Assembly (NCBI GenBank): GCA_964016885.1 | Contig: CAXHJY010000990.1 | Span: 1-45,337, forward strand | DNA: 45,337 bases | Source of the DNA: Eledone cirrhosa | Taxonomy: Eukaryota | Direction of reading: 5' to 3' | Shown: in pieces, positions 1 to 19,084 of the stretch | How positions within the stretch are numbered: position 1 is the stretch's first letter | Layout of the letters: each line of letters begins with the position of its first letter | Program-made: the position numbers and the translations under genes | The notes under the pieces: model-generated | What the model saw: only the letters and a program-made list of their open reading frames with translations | What the model was told of the DNA's origin: nothing | Database searches by the model: none

Positions 1-33
1 TCTTAATATACATACACTATACACACATACATA

Positions 34-82
<49 letters not shown>

Positions 83-739
83 GTAGAGCAAATATCAGAT
101 CTCTCTTAGGGTGAAAGCAGAAATTCATTGCTTAAACTTCTAATCTATACTTTATATATATACACCCAAATCGGGAGTTTGGCTGAAGTTTAATGTGTGT
201 GCGTGTATATATATATATATATATCTGAAAAGAGTCAGGACCCCGACGGCTGATCTTCGCTGTAAGAGAGAGATGTGCATGTGTATAAATTTCTCTCTCT
301 GTTTGTGTCTCTCTATCTGTCTGTCCCTCTCTCTCTCTATCTGTCTGTCTGTCTGTCTCTCCCTCTCTCTCTATCTCGCCCTCCCTCTCTCTCTATCTGT
401 CTGTCTCTCTCTCTCTATCTGTCTGTCTGCCCCCCCCCCTCTCTCATTACCATATCCCGTAATTCTTTCACGTAAAAAGTAAAAAAGATAAAAACTTCCA
501 CCCAACAACAAACAGTCGGTGAAAAGTAAATAAAATAACAACTAAATAGAAATAACAATATATAAGTGTAAAGCTTTTCCAACTTACCAGAAGGTACCAT
601 GGCTGTTGTAACTATCATCATCATCGCAGTACTATTGTTATCAACAGTTGCGTGGCAAAAATGGGATTTTAGTTTTTCAAAAATAAAAGACTTATCTGTG
701 TCTCTCGACATTAGATTCCACCCAGTTTATTGCTGCGGT

Positions 740-1766
740 TAGTAGTAGTAGTAGTAACTATATTAGCAGTTGTGGTAGTAGTAGTAGCAGCAGCAGTAGT
801 AGTAGCAACAGAAGTAGCGGTGGTGGTAGTAGTAATAGTAGTAGTAATAATGATGGTAATAGTAGTAATAGCAGCAGTAGTGGTGGAAGTAGTAGTAGTA
901 GTCACAGTAGTAGCAGCAGCAGTAGCGATGGTAGTAGTAACTGTAGTAGTAATAGTAGTAGTAGTAGTAGCAGCAACAACAGCAGCAGTAATGGTGGTAG
1001 TAATAGTAGCAACAGCCTTAGCGCTAGTAGTAGTGGTAGCAGTAATTATTCTAGTTGTAGCAGTAGTAGTAGTAGTGGTAGAAGTGGTAGTGGTAGTGGT
1101 GGTAGAAGTAGTAGTAGTGAAGGTGTATATGTAATAGCTGAAGTGGTAACAGCAGTTGGTGTAGTAATGTGGTAGTGGTGGGGGTGGTAGTGGAGTGGTG
1201 GTCGTGGTAGTGATGCTAATAGTGATAGAGGTGGTGAGGGTGGTAGTAGTGGTGGGGGTGGTAGTAGTGGAGGGGTGGGGTCGTAGTGATGATAATAGTG
1301 ATAGAGGTAGTAGTGATGGTAGTGGTAGTAGTGGTGTTGGTAGTAGTGGTGTTGGTGATAGTGGTGGTGGTGTCTGAAATACCAGCCACAGTAGAAGTAG
1401 CAATGGTGGCAGCAGTAGCAACAAGAACTAGTAGTGGTAATAGTAGTAGCAGCAATAGTAGTGGTGGTGGTAGTAGTAGTAACAGGAACTAGTAGTGGTA
1501 ATAGTAGTAGCAGCAATAGTAGTGGTGGTGGTAGTAGTAACAGGAACTAGTAGCGGTAGCAACAGTAATAGTAGTAGTAGTAACAGTAATAGTGGTGGTG
1601 GTAGTAGTAGTAACAATAGTAGTAGTGGTGGTAGTAGCAGTAGTTAGCAGCAACAGGATCTAGTAGCAGTAGCAGCAGCAGCAGTAATAGTAGTAGTAGC
1701 AGTAGTAACAGTAATAGTAGCAGTAGTGGTGGTAGTAGTAATACTAATTGTGATAATAGTAGTAGT
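740..1766. repeat. Compound trinucleotide microsatellite (GTA/GTG/GCA)n
   Basis: Direct inspection; source of the poly-V/T/L ORFs. Confidence 0.95.
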
Positions 1767-2002
1767 ACACTTGCTTTTCTCAGACACATTGTAGAAGGGT
1801 TAGAATGGAGAAGAATTTTTTTTTTATGTTTAGGTTATTTGATTGTGAGGATAAGATGTGATGTTCGTACCTTCCTCAAAGGGGGACTTTAAAAGGTTAG
1901 AAAAAAGCAAAATAATTAGGAAAGAAGTGAAGTCGCAAACAACCTGGAGTTGTAGCTAGACTACCAGCAGAGCAGTGGGGACTCATGTTTGGAATATAAT
2001 AA

Positions 2003-2223
2003 TTCTTTCCAATATTGGTACAAGGCCAACAATTTGAGGGAGGAAAGTTGATTATATTGACTTCAGTACATTACTGGTACTTTAGTTTACAAAAGGCGGT
2101 GAATTAGCAGAGTCGTTAGAACATTGAATAGAATGTTTTGTGGCATTCCTTCCAGCTCTCTGCAGAGGTCAACTTTACCTTTCATCCTTTCAAGGATGTA
2201 TCAGTCAAATACTGGGGTTGATT
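2003..2223. mobile_element. Two adjacent oppositely oriented fragments of the 37123 SINE family (- 2003-2088, + 2094-2223)
   Basis: GGCGGTGAATTAGCAGAGTCGTTAG head, GAGGTCAACTTTACCTTTCATCC body; inverted ACTGGTACTTT tail piece. Confidence 0.6.
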
Positions 2224-2529
2224 CTTCCTCTATATCTCTTTCTTACTTCCACTCTCTATCCTTCTCTGGAAGAAATCTGCAGTATTAAGATCTGAAGAGG
2301 TTTGGAAAAATGTCCAAGAAATGTTGTATGACAATATGGCGCCCTTTACGACTCATTCAGGAGTTACGGGATCATACCACTATACTTGTTTGTTTGTTTT
2401 TTGTTATATCTGGTACCCCAGCATATTGGCTGGAACATGTGATAGAGTAACATTAATACAATAACAAAATGAAGTTCAGCTCTGATTAATTTATGATGAC
2501 AGATTCACTTCTTGCTACGTGACAGGGAT

Positions 2530-2775
2530 GAGTAAGATCTGGATTTCACTACAGACTGGAGCGTAGGACATAATAAAAAAGAGGCAAACATAGATGGGCT
2601 GGCCACATCTCTCATCGCAGAGACAACAGGTGGACTATTAGAGTGACAGAGTGGACATCAAGGTAGTGGAGAGCAGCCAAAGGCAAGATAGAGCAACAAT
2701 CTGACCTGATATCTTGGTCCTGTTTGACCCAGTGATAGGAAGTGCTGGAGAGTTTCCTCCAATAGGAGTGAGAAG
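2530..2775 (+). mobile_element. Decayed RTE LINE 3' fragment
   Basis: Translates to KHRWAGHISHRRDNRWTIRVTEWTSR, typical of the RTE C-terminus, with stops nearby. Confidence 0.7.
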
Positions 2776-2864
2776 GCTCTGGCTTTGTGGAAAGATCAAC
2801 TTTGGTATTTGTCTTCACAGGGTTGCTAAAATTAAGTAGCATGCATAGTACATATCTTATCACC

Positions 2865-3240
2865 TTCTTCTTTGCCTGCTTATTCCTGGTAGAGTTGTAG
2901 GGGCAGAGTCCTCAAACACTCTTTTTAGCGGGTCTTGTCAGAAGCAACCGTCTCTAATTGACACAGTTGGATCTCCAAGAGAGACCAGCCAAGTGTATGG
3001 ATGTTATCCAACCATCTTACTCGGGGATCTACCCCTGGGTTTCCTGCCATTTGGTTTTGCCAGTAAAATCTGTCCAGCGATTCTTTCCTGAGACATTCTA
3101 ACCACATGTCTATAATATCGGAGCTGTGATCTCTTAATTCAAAGAATTAGTGGCTTTAGCTGGAGTGACTCGCTGATATCCAAGCTACTCATTCTATCGA
3201 GTAATGTTATTCCAAGAATCTGAGATATTGGGCCAATATG
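2865..3240 (-). mobile_element. Decayed RTE-type LINE 3' fragment
   Basis: Minus-strand HVVRMSQERIAGQILLAKPNGRKPRGR followed, after a frameshift, by RWLDNI. Confidence 0.65.
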
Positions 3241-3303
3241 AAAAATAAACAGTGACAAAATAACAAAACAAAGAAAATATATTCACAACCCAAGAACTTA
3301 GTT

Positions 3304-3388
3304 TTTATTTGTCTTTTGGTTTTAATCGATATGAAGTTAAAAGACAGCACAAATCCTTCAAGAATAACATTAAAAATATACATTTATT
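3304..3388 (-). promoter_or_regulatory. Candidate polyadenylation signals for NAXE (AATAAA at 3388-3383 and 3309-3304)
   Basis: tttatt on + strand about 400-480 nt downstream of the NAXE stop; AT-rich context makes chance matches likely. Confidence 0.4.
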
Positions 3389-3786
3389 TTCAGGTATAAT
3401 TATTTTCCTGGCACTGAATAAGAATAATTTCAAAATACAGGTACCTAACCATTTACCAGGGTTCCAGAAAACCAGTTTTTGAAAATGTTATAATTATGTT
3501 GTATCACTTTAAAGTTCGTGCAGTGTCGCAGCACGAAAAGCTGTCACCTGCCTATATATGTTTACCTTATTTTCTTATATATTTCCTCGTTTTCGGTCCT
3601 AGGCATAACCTAAAGTTTTTTGGAGCCGTTTGGTTAGGAAATGACTGCTCTACAGTAACACGCAAGCAAGCACAGCTATGAAATAAAGATCGATATAAGA
3701 AACCTTAGGGTTTGAAGATTGGATGACAATCATATTGCGTGTGTGTGTGTTAATAATAATAATATAGAACCTGAAAATTAATTTTT

Positions 3787-4569
3787 TTAAGTAGAAGTCA
3801 GTTCAAGGATACAATCTGTACCAGGAAATATTGGAAGGTTTAGTTCATATTTTCTTTCGAGATCTTTGGGGACAAATCTACCCCCTAAATAATGGGTACG
3901 ACCAGAAAAGTGTTTGGCACATAACTTCGGTGCGGTTAAAGATACGAGGGTATCGGGTTGGAGCCCATCGGGAGCACCTGCTTCTACATCCCACCCGGAC
4001 GGTACATCTACACTTAGTATAGGACATTTAACTGTTTTAAGGGTGTCCAAAACCGGCGCGAATGTTCCACGAACTGGGCCTTTGAAACTGAAGCCGAATA
4101 TAGCATCGATTATTAAACCATAAGAGTTATCAATGTCTTGTTGGTTGGAAGGGAAGCTGTCCAGGAATTGTAAGTTCATTTTCTCACACTGGAGTCGCAG
4201 GTTTTTAAATAGTGGCTTATCGGGACATTTTGGGTAAAATATTGTTGGTTCACAGCCGAACATTTTCAGGTGTCTGGCACATACTAAACCGTCTCCTCCG
4301 TTGTTTCCTGGTCCACAACAGACAAGGACAGAAGCTCCTTTCAAGAGTGAAGGGTAACTACGACCGACAGCTAAAGCACAGCTATAACCAGCAAGTTCCA
4401 TCAACTGATCAACACTGAAGCCGTAAGAAGTGAATAATTCTTCGTCGATGTTTTGGGCTTCTTCCTGGCGTAGAAATCTCAGTTTGACGCTGGAAGTCAT
4501 CCTCGTATGAAACTGTAATGGTTTGATAAAAGATCGCAAGCAATATCGGGGAAATAGTTGAGCCAACAT
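3787..4569 (-). CDS. NAXE: NAD(P)H-hydrate epimerase (YjeF_N family; APOA1BP), single coding exon, 260 aa
   Basis: Hallmark motifs [65 protein letters not shown]; uninterrupted ORF ATG to TAA; basic N-terminal presequence-like extension. Confidence 0.96.
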   Translation of the reverse strand: MLAQLFPRYCLRSFIKPLQFHTRMTSSVKLRFLRQEEAQNIDEELFTSYGFSVDQLMELAGYSCALAVGRSYPSLLKGASVLVCCGPGNNGGDGLVCARHLKMFGCEPTIFYPKCPDKPLFKNLRLQCEKMNLQFLDSFPSNQQDIDNSYGLIIDAIFGFSFKGPVRGTFAPVLDTLKTVKCPILSVDVPSGWDVEAGAPDGLQPDTLVSLTAPKLCAKHFSGRTHYLGGRFVPKDLERKYELNLPIFPGTDCILELTST

Positions 4570-5073
4570 CCAATATTTTCTACGTTGTTATCGATGTTTT
4601 TCACTGTAAGAAAGTTTCGAAGATAAATATGCGTACACCGCTTATTTGTAAACGGTGTCAAATTAAAACAAGTTCCCCGGTTAATACATTTCTAGTTATT
4701 TAAGCACGGCATTATTAACGTTTTGCTATTCTAGCGATAATGATACTTATTAGAATTGGTAGGTTAGTTAGCAGTTATCTATGTCGACAGGATTATTTAG
4801 GAAGTCTAAATGCGTCTCAAACATTCTTGTTTTGTTTCTCTTTTACAATATCTAACAACAATAATAATCAGTCTCGCAAACTGTAAGTTCACATGTCATC
4901 TAGTGTGAGAGAACTATGAGATTGTTGTTTAAATGGGAAGATAAAATATTAATAAACATCTGTAATAAACTAATAATCGTTGAAAAAACTATTTTATATC
5001 AAAGGTATATATTGAGTTAGAAACTCAAAATAGTCTCTTACAGAAAGAGGTTTTTCTGAGCCGTGTAATAAAA

Positions 5074-5239
5074 TTGAATATAAAAGAAAGATAAACACAG
5101 ATATAAATATTATTTTAAATTGAGTCTGGCAAACCCTATTGTTAATAGTTAGTATTTTTTTTCACCCTAGCGAATCTGGTCCCTTCCGATTTGAACACAT
5201 ATATATTTATATCTGTGTTTATCTTTCTTTTATATTCAA
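5074..5239. repeat. Perfect 37-bp inverted repeat with 92-bp spacer
   Basis: TTGAATATAAAAGAAAGATAAACACAGATATAAATAT (5074-5110) and its exact reverse complement (5203-5239). Confidence 0.9.
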
Positions 5240-5740
5240 ATAAAGAAATAAAAAAGGAAAAAAATTTTTTTATTTCTATAATCGTCCTTTTCTCCCTGTT
5301 TTCACACACACACACACATATATATATATTGGTTTAGTCAAGAGGAAACTAGATGTGTCCACAGCTTTCTGAAGTCGATAGATGTAGGAAGGACATGTAT
5401 CCAGGCTCAGTAAAAAAACTTAATTACAGACAAAGTTGACATTAAAGAAATTGGCTAAATAAAAATTCCAGACAAAATAAAATAAATGAAATGAAGAAGA
5501 ACAACAGCAACATATTACTTGTTGTTGTGTAGTCCCAAGTCAGTTCTACTCAAGGAAACCTATGGTCTGTAAATAATTGAACGACTTAGAAGACATGCAC
5601 ACACGCAAACATACAGATTAATTTGTATAGTGCAAGGGAGATAATTCACGGTAACACGTTACTGTAATATTCACTCTCTTGAAACTTTGCATTAATAGGG
5701 TAAAAAAAGAACGAATTAGTTTTATTGTTGAAATCTTAAC

Positions 5741-6045
5741 CAGGGTAAAGACCCAGTCCCGAATGACCATAGGTTTTACACCTAGAAGCCCTCTTTCTTC
5801 GAGGTACAAGCCCTGGCAAGGTTGTTTGTGGAAGACCAGCAGTCGCCCATATATACCAATCTCCCTTCTTCATGCCATGGTGTCTAACGGAAAGACAATG
5901 GCTGATACATCTTGGCACCAGTGAGATTGCAACTCGTTTTTACAGCTGAGGAAACTGGAGTAACGTAAAAATATAATGTATTATTCATGGATACAATGTA
6001 ACGCCAGGTCTGGGAACCGAACTCGCAACCTCACGACTCTGCATC
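5741..6045 (-). mobile_element. SINE copy, same family as 7071-7353, inverted
   Basis: Shared segments CACTGGTGCCAAG and CGACTGCT-GTCTTCCACAAACAA. Confidence 0.65.
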
Positions 6046-6429
6046 TACCTATTAAAACATGTTCAAGTCTTACGACATGGTTTTCGTGAGTACTAAAGTA
6101 AAGTTATCTCTAAATGTTTATTGATTCGTTTCTAGTATTATTTTAAAAGTTAATTTCGGGGGGGTCTTTGGCTGTTTTCCGCAACTCATCTTCCCGAGGT
6201 GTCGGATGTCCGTAAACCCATTTGGTTATTCCAGCACCTTAGCCTCGCTACCAGCTGCAGTAATTCAGCGAGTGTTTTGGCTTGCTTCAAACATTTCCCA
6301 TTACAGGTGTGTGTGTGACCGATTGACACACTTGGAGGTGAATTAAGGATTTTTTTCTCTCTAGCTTTGATTATATATTTTTATGAATTATATTTATTAG
6401 GTTCCTAGTAATAATTAATTATTTGTGTG

Positions 6430-6605
6430 TAGAGTGTGGTGGGTCGGACGCCATGCTTTGCAGCATAGAGTTACGTCCCTTTACATTCTGAGTTCAAATC
6501 CTGCCGAGGTTAACTTTGCCTTTCGTCCTTACGGGGTCGATAAAATAAAGTACCAGTAATTTACTGAGTATTTGCTGACTTTGTGGCAAAAGTAGAATCA
6601 ATTAT
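6430..6605 (+). mobile_element. SINE copy (37123 family)
   Basis: CTGAGTTCAAATCCTGCCGAGGTTAACTTTGCCTTTCGTCCTTACGGGGTCGATAAAATAAAGTACCAG. Confidence 0.75.
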
Positions 6606-7070
6606 TTGTGTGGTGTAACAGAAAGAGAAGTGACAGACGTGGAAAGACTGGAGAAATGGAAGCAGAAAAGATCAGTGCCACTGGACCGCCTGAGATGGTG
6701 AATGAAATGATGAAAGGTTCTCAGAAGGTAATACATGATTCACTCATGTAACACTCAAGTTATCTCCCCTAGCTTAGAAATTCTATTTTTTTACTTCCTA
6801 GATTTTCAAGTAGTGAAGGAATGAATCAGCTGAGTTTTCTGATTCTAATTTGTGTAAACCAATTCATTCATAAAATCTGATATGTTTTCCTGCCCGACAG
6901 AAGCACATGGTAATACCTACACTCTACTTTCTTCAGCATTGAGTACATAGTTGAACAATGGTCATACTAGTCTAAACTAGTAACTCCCCATCTATCTTGT
7001 AAATAGTTAATACCTGGCGACTGAGCTCACACCGTTTTAAAACGTATATATGTGTGTGTATGTTTGTGAC

Positions 7071-7353
7071 AGCACATGGTTTAGTGGTTAGAGTGTCGGT
7101 CTTACAATCATAAGGCCAGGCTTTGAGCAAGACACTTTATCTCACAGTTCCCTCAGCTGTAGTTGCAATGTCACTGGTGCCAAGCTGTATTGGCCTTTGC
7201 CCTTCCTTTGGACAATATCATTGGCGTAGAGAGAGGGGACGCCAGTATCAATGGACGACTGCTTGTCTTCCACAAACAAACTTGCCCTGAGGGGAACTTT
7301 CCTGGTGATAATCCCACGGTCATTGGTGACCGAAGGTGTACCTGTTACCCTTT
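7071..7353 (+). mobile_element. tRNA-derived SINE with CORE-like body and a different tail
   Basis: Head GCACATGGTTTAGTGGTTAGAG, TTGAGCAAGACACTT body; homologous to the inverted copy at 5741-6045. Confidence 0.7.
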
Positions 7354-7591
7354 ACTCTTTATATACATATATCAAAGTTGTAAAGAAACAAGAAACAACA
7401 GAGTGATGTATGCAATAATTTATAGAAAGTTACAATAGCAGAAAATATTGAAAGAAGTGCTTGGTTTCTTAGCAACATAACAGGCTCTCTGCAGAGAAAA
7501 AGCAATGGAGTGAAATAGTTAAACAATGATTATATATATGCATATATATATATAATATATATACAGACACACACACACACACACATGCATA

Positions 7592-7626
<35 letters not shown>

Positions 7627-8175
7627 TATGAAGAATTTATGTGCATATACAAACATATATATATATATGTATATATATATACATGTGGCTGTGTACATAT
7701 GTGTGTATTATATATTTAAAAATTTATCTTCGTATGTATGTATGTTTGTAAGCATGTATGTTTGTATGTATATATGTATGCATGTTTGTATGTATATATG
7801 TATGCATGTTTGTATGTATATATGTATGTTTGTTTATATATGAAAGTGGCAGTAAGTTCATCATTAATTCAAAATATAATTGTAATTAATAATGATAATG
7901 ATAATAATAATGATGATGATGATGGAGATAGGGAGTGCATGAGGCTACACATTTAGTGGAGAGAGCAGTCAATTTAAGTAGAAGAAGAAGAAAAAGAAGA
8001 TATTAAGGAAGGAATTATTTATTTTTTGCTATTGAAATTATAGTCAAAGTCATCTACACCAAAATGAGTCAGGTCTATCACATTGATAAAGACCTCGAAC
8101 CAACCATCTGTGAAACACGTGTAACGTTCAATATGGAATGAAAACATTTTAAGGTGAAACTTAATTATCTCATAC

Positions 8176-8224
<49 letters not shown>

Positions 8225-8906
8225 GAATGTATATGTAAAATAAATCTAGATAGTTAAATATGTTCTGTATTTATTTCAGTGATAAATATTCTAGTTATGC
8301 AATAATTGAATTATATTATGACAGAGTATTTAGCCAACAATTCTCTCCTTAACATAACCCCTGGGTTCAATCACCATGACATTATGTGTGACAATATCAA
8401 GACCTTCAGTTACACAGACAATTGATATGATAGTTTTGTCACCTGATGTCCATTGATCCTATTTCACTGAGAAGGATTGCACACTTAACTTTGAGGTGAT
8501 GGTAATAGATATTACACAGTGTCTTCAACTGAGATCTCATCGTTGCAAAGTCAACTTCCTAACCACTTAGCCATGCCTGTACTCATATATATATACGCAC
8601 CTACCTACTGACTTACCCACACACCTACCTACCTACCTACCAATATACCTACCACTCTATCTATCTATCTAATTACATACCTAATTCTCTGTCCGTTCCT
8701 CTCTCTCTCTCTCTATGTATATATATATGTATATAGTGAATGTATATATTGATACACACATACACTCACATACATGTATCTATAGGTAACTATATAATTC
8801 AATTGATGCTATAGTTTTCCTGCAGGTCTCTAAGGAAATACTAGTGAACATCACTTGATATGAAGCAGAGAGATGTAGGGGGAGGAGGAGGGGTGGTAGT
8901 TCTGCA

Positions 8907-8963
8907 GTCACATGACAGTGTGACATCACTCCTTATACAGTAGTGAAGCCATGTGACTCAGCA
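8907..8963. promoter_or_regulatory. Candidate enhancer: CLEAR/M-box, CRE-like and ARE motif cluster
   Basis: GTCACATGAC 8907-8916, TGACATCA 8921-8928, CATGTGAC 8950-8957, TGACTCAGCA 8954-8963. Confidence 0.4.
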
Positions 8964-9102
8964 GTATTTCTTTCCTTTATCAATAAAATGTCTGCTACTC
9001 TTTAGAAAAAGTATTTGGTTATATTGAGCAGTTTCGAAGACAAACAAAACACTATTAAATTATCAGTTTTTACATTACTCTCTCTCTCTCTCTAGAGAGA
9101 GA

Positions 9103-16265
<7,163 letters not shown>

Positions 16266-16696
16266 GTATGTGTGTCTGCATGTTTTGCTTTCTTTCCAGA
16301 ACATTCTCCATGTGTGTGAAGTGAATGTTGTGGTTATGTCATACATACATCCTAGTATTTTAGTCTGTGGTGTGTGAGGAGATGTATTTATGTTGCTGAA
16401 TTGAATGCTTGTTTGTATTTGATGTCCTTTAATGTTTAGGGTAGGGGTTACTTTTTAATCTTATTTATTTTAAAGCCAGTTTTTTAAATTAGATATATTG
16501 TTGGAGTAGTTCTGTAACAATGTCTTGAGAATGTTGGTAAGAGGTAACAGTTATATTGTTATACAACATTTCATTGAATATATATCAACATTTCTAATAA
16601 ATACCATCAACTGGAAAATACATAGACCTTCACCATTGCTACTATAATGGTCTATATTCTTGGACAATGTGGGAGGACACTAGATGTGTTGTTATC

Positions 16697-17240
16697 AAGG
16701 TGATGGTGATGATGGTGGTGGTAGTGATGGTGATGATGGTAGTGGTAGTGATGGTGATGATGGTGGTGGTAGTGATGGTGATGATGGTGGTGGTAGTGAT
16801 GGTGATGATGATGGTGGTAGTGATGCTGTTGGTAGTGATGGTGATGATGATAGTGATGATGGTGATGGTAGTGATGGTGATGATGATGGCGGTAGTGATG
16901 ACGGTGGTAGTGATGGTGATGATGGTGGTGGTAGTGATGGTGATGATGGTGGTGGCAGTGATGGTGATGATGGTGGTGGTGGTGATGACGGTGGTAGTGA
17001 TGGTGATGACGGTGGTGGTAGTGATGGTGATGTGTGATAGTGGTGGTAGTGATGGTGGTGGTAGTGATGATGGTGGTGGTGATGACGGTGGTAGTGGTGG
17101 TGGTGATGATAGTGGTAGTGATGATGGTGGCAGTGATGGTGATGATGGTGGTGTGTTATAGTGGTGGTAATAATAATCATGACAGTAATGACCATAATCA
17201 TGATGATGATGATGATGCTATTGATAATAATAATAATAAA
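16697..17240. repeat. (GGT/GAT/AGT)n compound trinucleotide repeat
   Basis: Direct inspection; partial 18-bp higher-order unit. Confidence 0.95.
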
Positions 17241-17467
17241 GAAGATAATAATTGTATGAGCAGCAAGTTGTGTAGAGAGCCGTGACTCCTGGTGGAGTTG
17301 TAGAGGTGCCATAGAGACATACAGCTTCTCTTGGATATTGTTTAACACCTGCTGGAGTCTATCTCCTCTCTCGATCTTATGTTTCTAGCTTGTTGTTGGT
17401 GTAGTTGTCTAGCTGTGAATAAACATATTGTACATAGGTTTGTATATATGACTGTATATATATATAT

Positions 17468-17635
17468 ATCATCATCATCATCGTTTAATGTCTATCTTCC
17501 ACGCTAGCATGGGTTAGACGGGAATTGTCCCACTTGAGGCAAGATTGGTCGGATTACCGTGTCTCGCTCGTATATATATCTAACCTATGCTAGCGTGGAA
17601 GATAGACGTTAAACGATGATGATGATGATGATGAT
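17468..17635. mobile_element. Head-to-head pair of RTE 3'-tail fragments forming a 51-bp inverted repeat
   Basis: Arms 17468-17518 and 17579-17629 differ at only 2 positions; both match the end of the RTE at 42900-42952. Confidence 0.8.
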
Positions 17636-17678
17636 ATATATGTGTGTATGTTTGTGTATATATATATATATATATATG

Positions 17679-17714
<36 letters not shown>

Positions 17715-17803
17715 CAAGCAAAGCCATTTGAGATCTCATGCCAGGAAGGAACAGACATAAAGTGCAAGAGGTGGTCAAGCTTTGTATGAAGAAGACCACC
17801 TCC

Positions 17804-17852
<49 letters not shown>

Positions 17853-18235
17853 AGTGTAAGCACACACATTCACAAATATGTGTGTGTGTGTGATCATGTG
17901 TATGTCAACATATCTGTGTATGTGATAACAGAGAAATTTAAGTTTCTCTTGAAGATGCAAAATTAAAGAAACTTCACAAATACTCCAACAGTAAAATATC
18001 TTTAAATTTGGAAGGAACAGTGAATAGTTGAGTGTTTCTGCCATATACATACATACATACATACAAACATAGATATACACATACACATACATATGCACAT
18101 AGATACATATATACATATACATACATACACACATACATACACACACACATACATACATACATAGATACATACATATACACACATACATAGATACATACAC
18201 ACATACATTTATACATACATACATACGTACATACA

Positions 18236-18283
<48 letters not shown>

Positions 18284-18941
18284 TGTGTCTATATCTATTT
18301 ATGTATCATCCTCATATGTATATGTATACATATATATATATGTAAAACAAAGGCGATCATGTTAAAAGATGTACTCAATATATGCTAATTAAAATTACCT
18401 TGTAGAGTTTATAAATTTATAAGAACCTTTTGCTCTACAGTGGAATACCCTGTTTCACTAACAATTTAGAGATCTTCAGCAGCCTACTTTATTTATTTAG
18501 ACATAGTTTAGCATCATTAAAAAAATAGCAACAGGATAAAAAAAAAAACAACACCAAAAATTTACAGCACAAAATAACAAAATATATCCGAAAACACGAG
18601 CAAGCATTGTGAGCTTTGAAGTCTTCTTGTCTATGAAAATAGTATTTGTATGGAAGATTGACTTGATTAGAGGTGAACTGTTTAGTTTAAGGGAGACCAC
18701 AATGATGAAGATTTGTAATGGGTGATATCCCTTACTTCTGTTAGCACCATATGAATTTAATTAGTGTTAAATTACTTTAAATTACACTAAAATTAAATTA
18801 GATTAAGTTGAATTATGTTAAGTGAAAGTGAGATTCCATTTTACTTAAATTAATTATATGCAAGTCTAATTAAATTAAATGTCTCAAAATAAAATATTGA
18901 TATCTTTAATTATCTTTGGTTGGTTGAGTTTGGCAATCCAT

Positions 18942-19072
18942 GGGCGGTGGATTGGCAGTATCGGTAGAGCGTCAGACAACGAACAGGCTTTGCAGTGTAG
19001 AGATATGGCCTCTTATGTTCTGAGTTCAAATTCTGCCTAGGTTAGTTTTGACTTTGATCCTTTCGAGGTGAA
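18942..19072 (+). mobile_element. SINE 5' part (37123 family)
   Basis: GGCGGTGGATTGGCAG head and CTGAGTTCAAATTCTGCC B-box region. Confidence 0.7.
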
Positions 19073-19084
19073 ATAATTGTCTTA

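Noticed and set aside
711-1789. Mucin-like poly-Thr and poly-Val/Leu ORFs
   Set aside because: Open in several frames on both strands because of triplet repeats; no domain or splice support
16667-17348. Gly/Asp-rich, His-rich and Met/Val-rich ORFs
   Set aside because: GGT/GAT triplet repeat with no unique coding context
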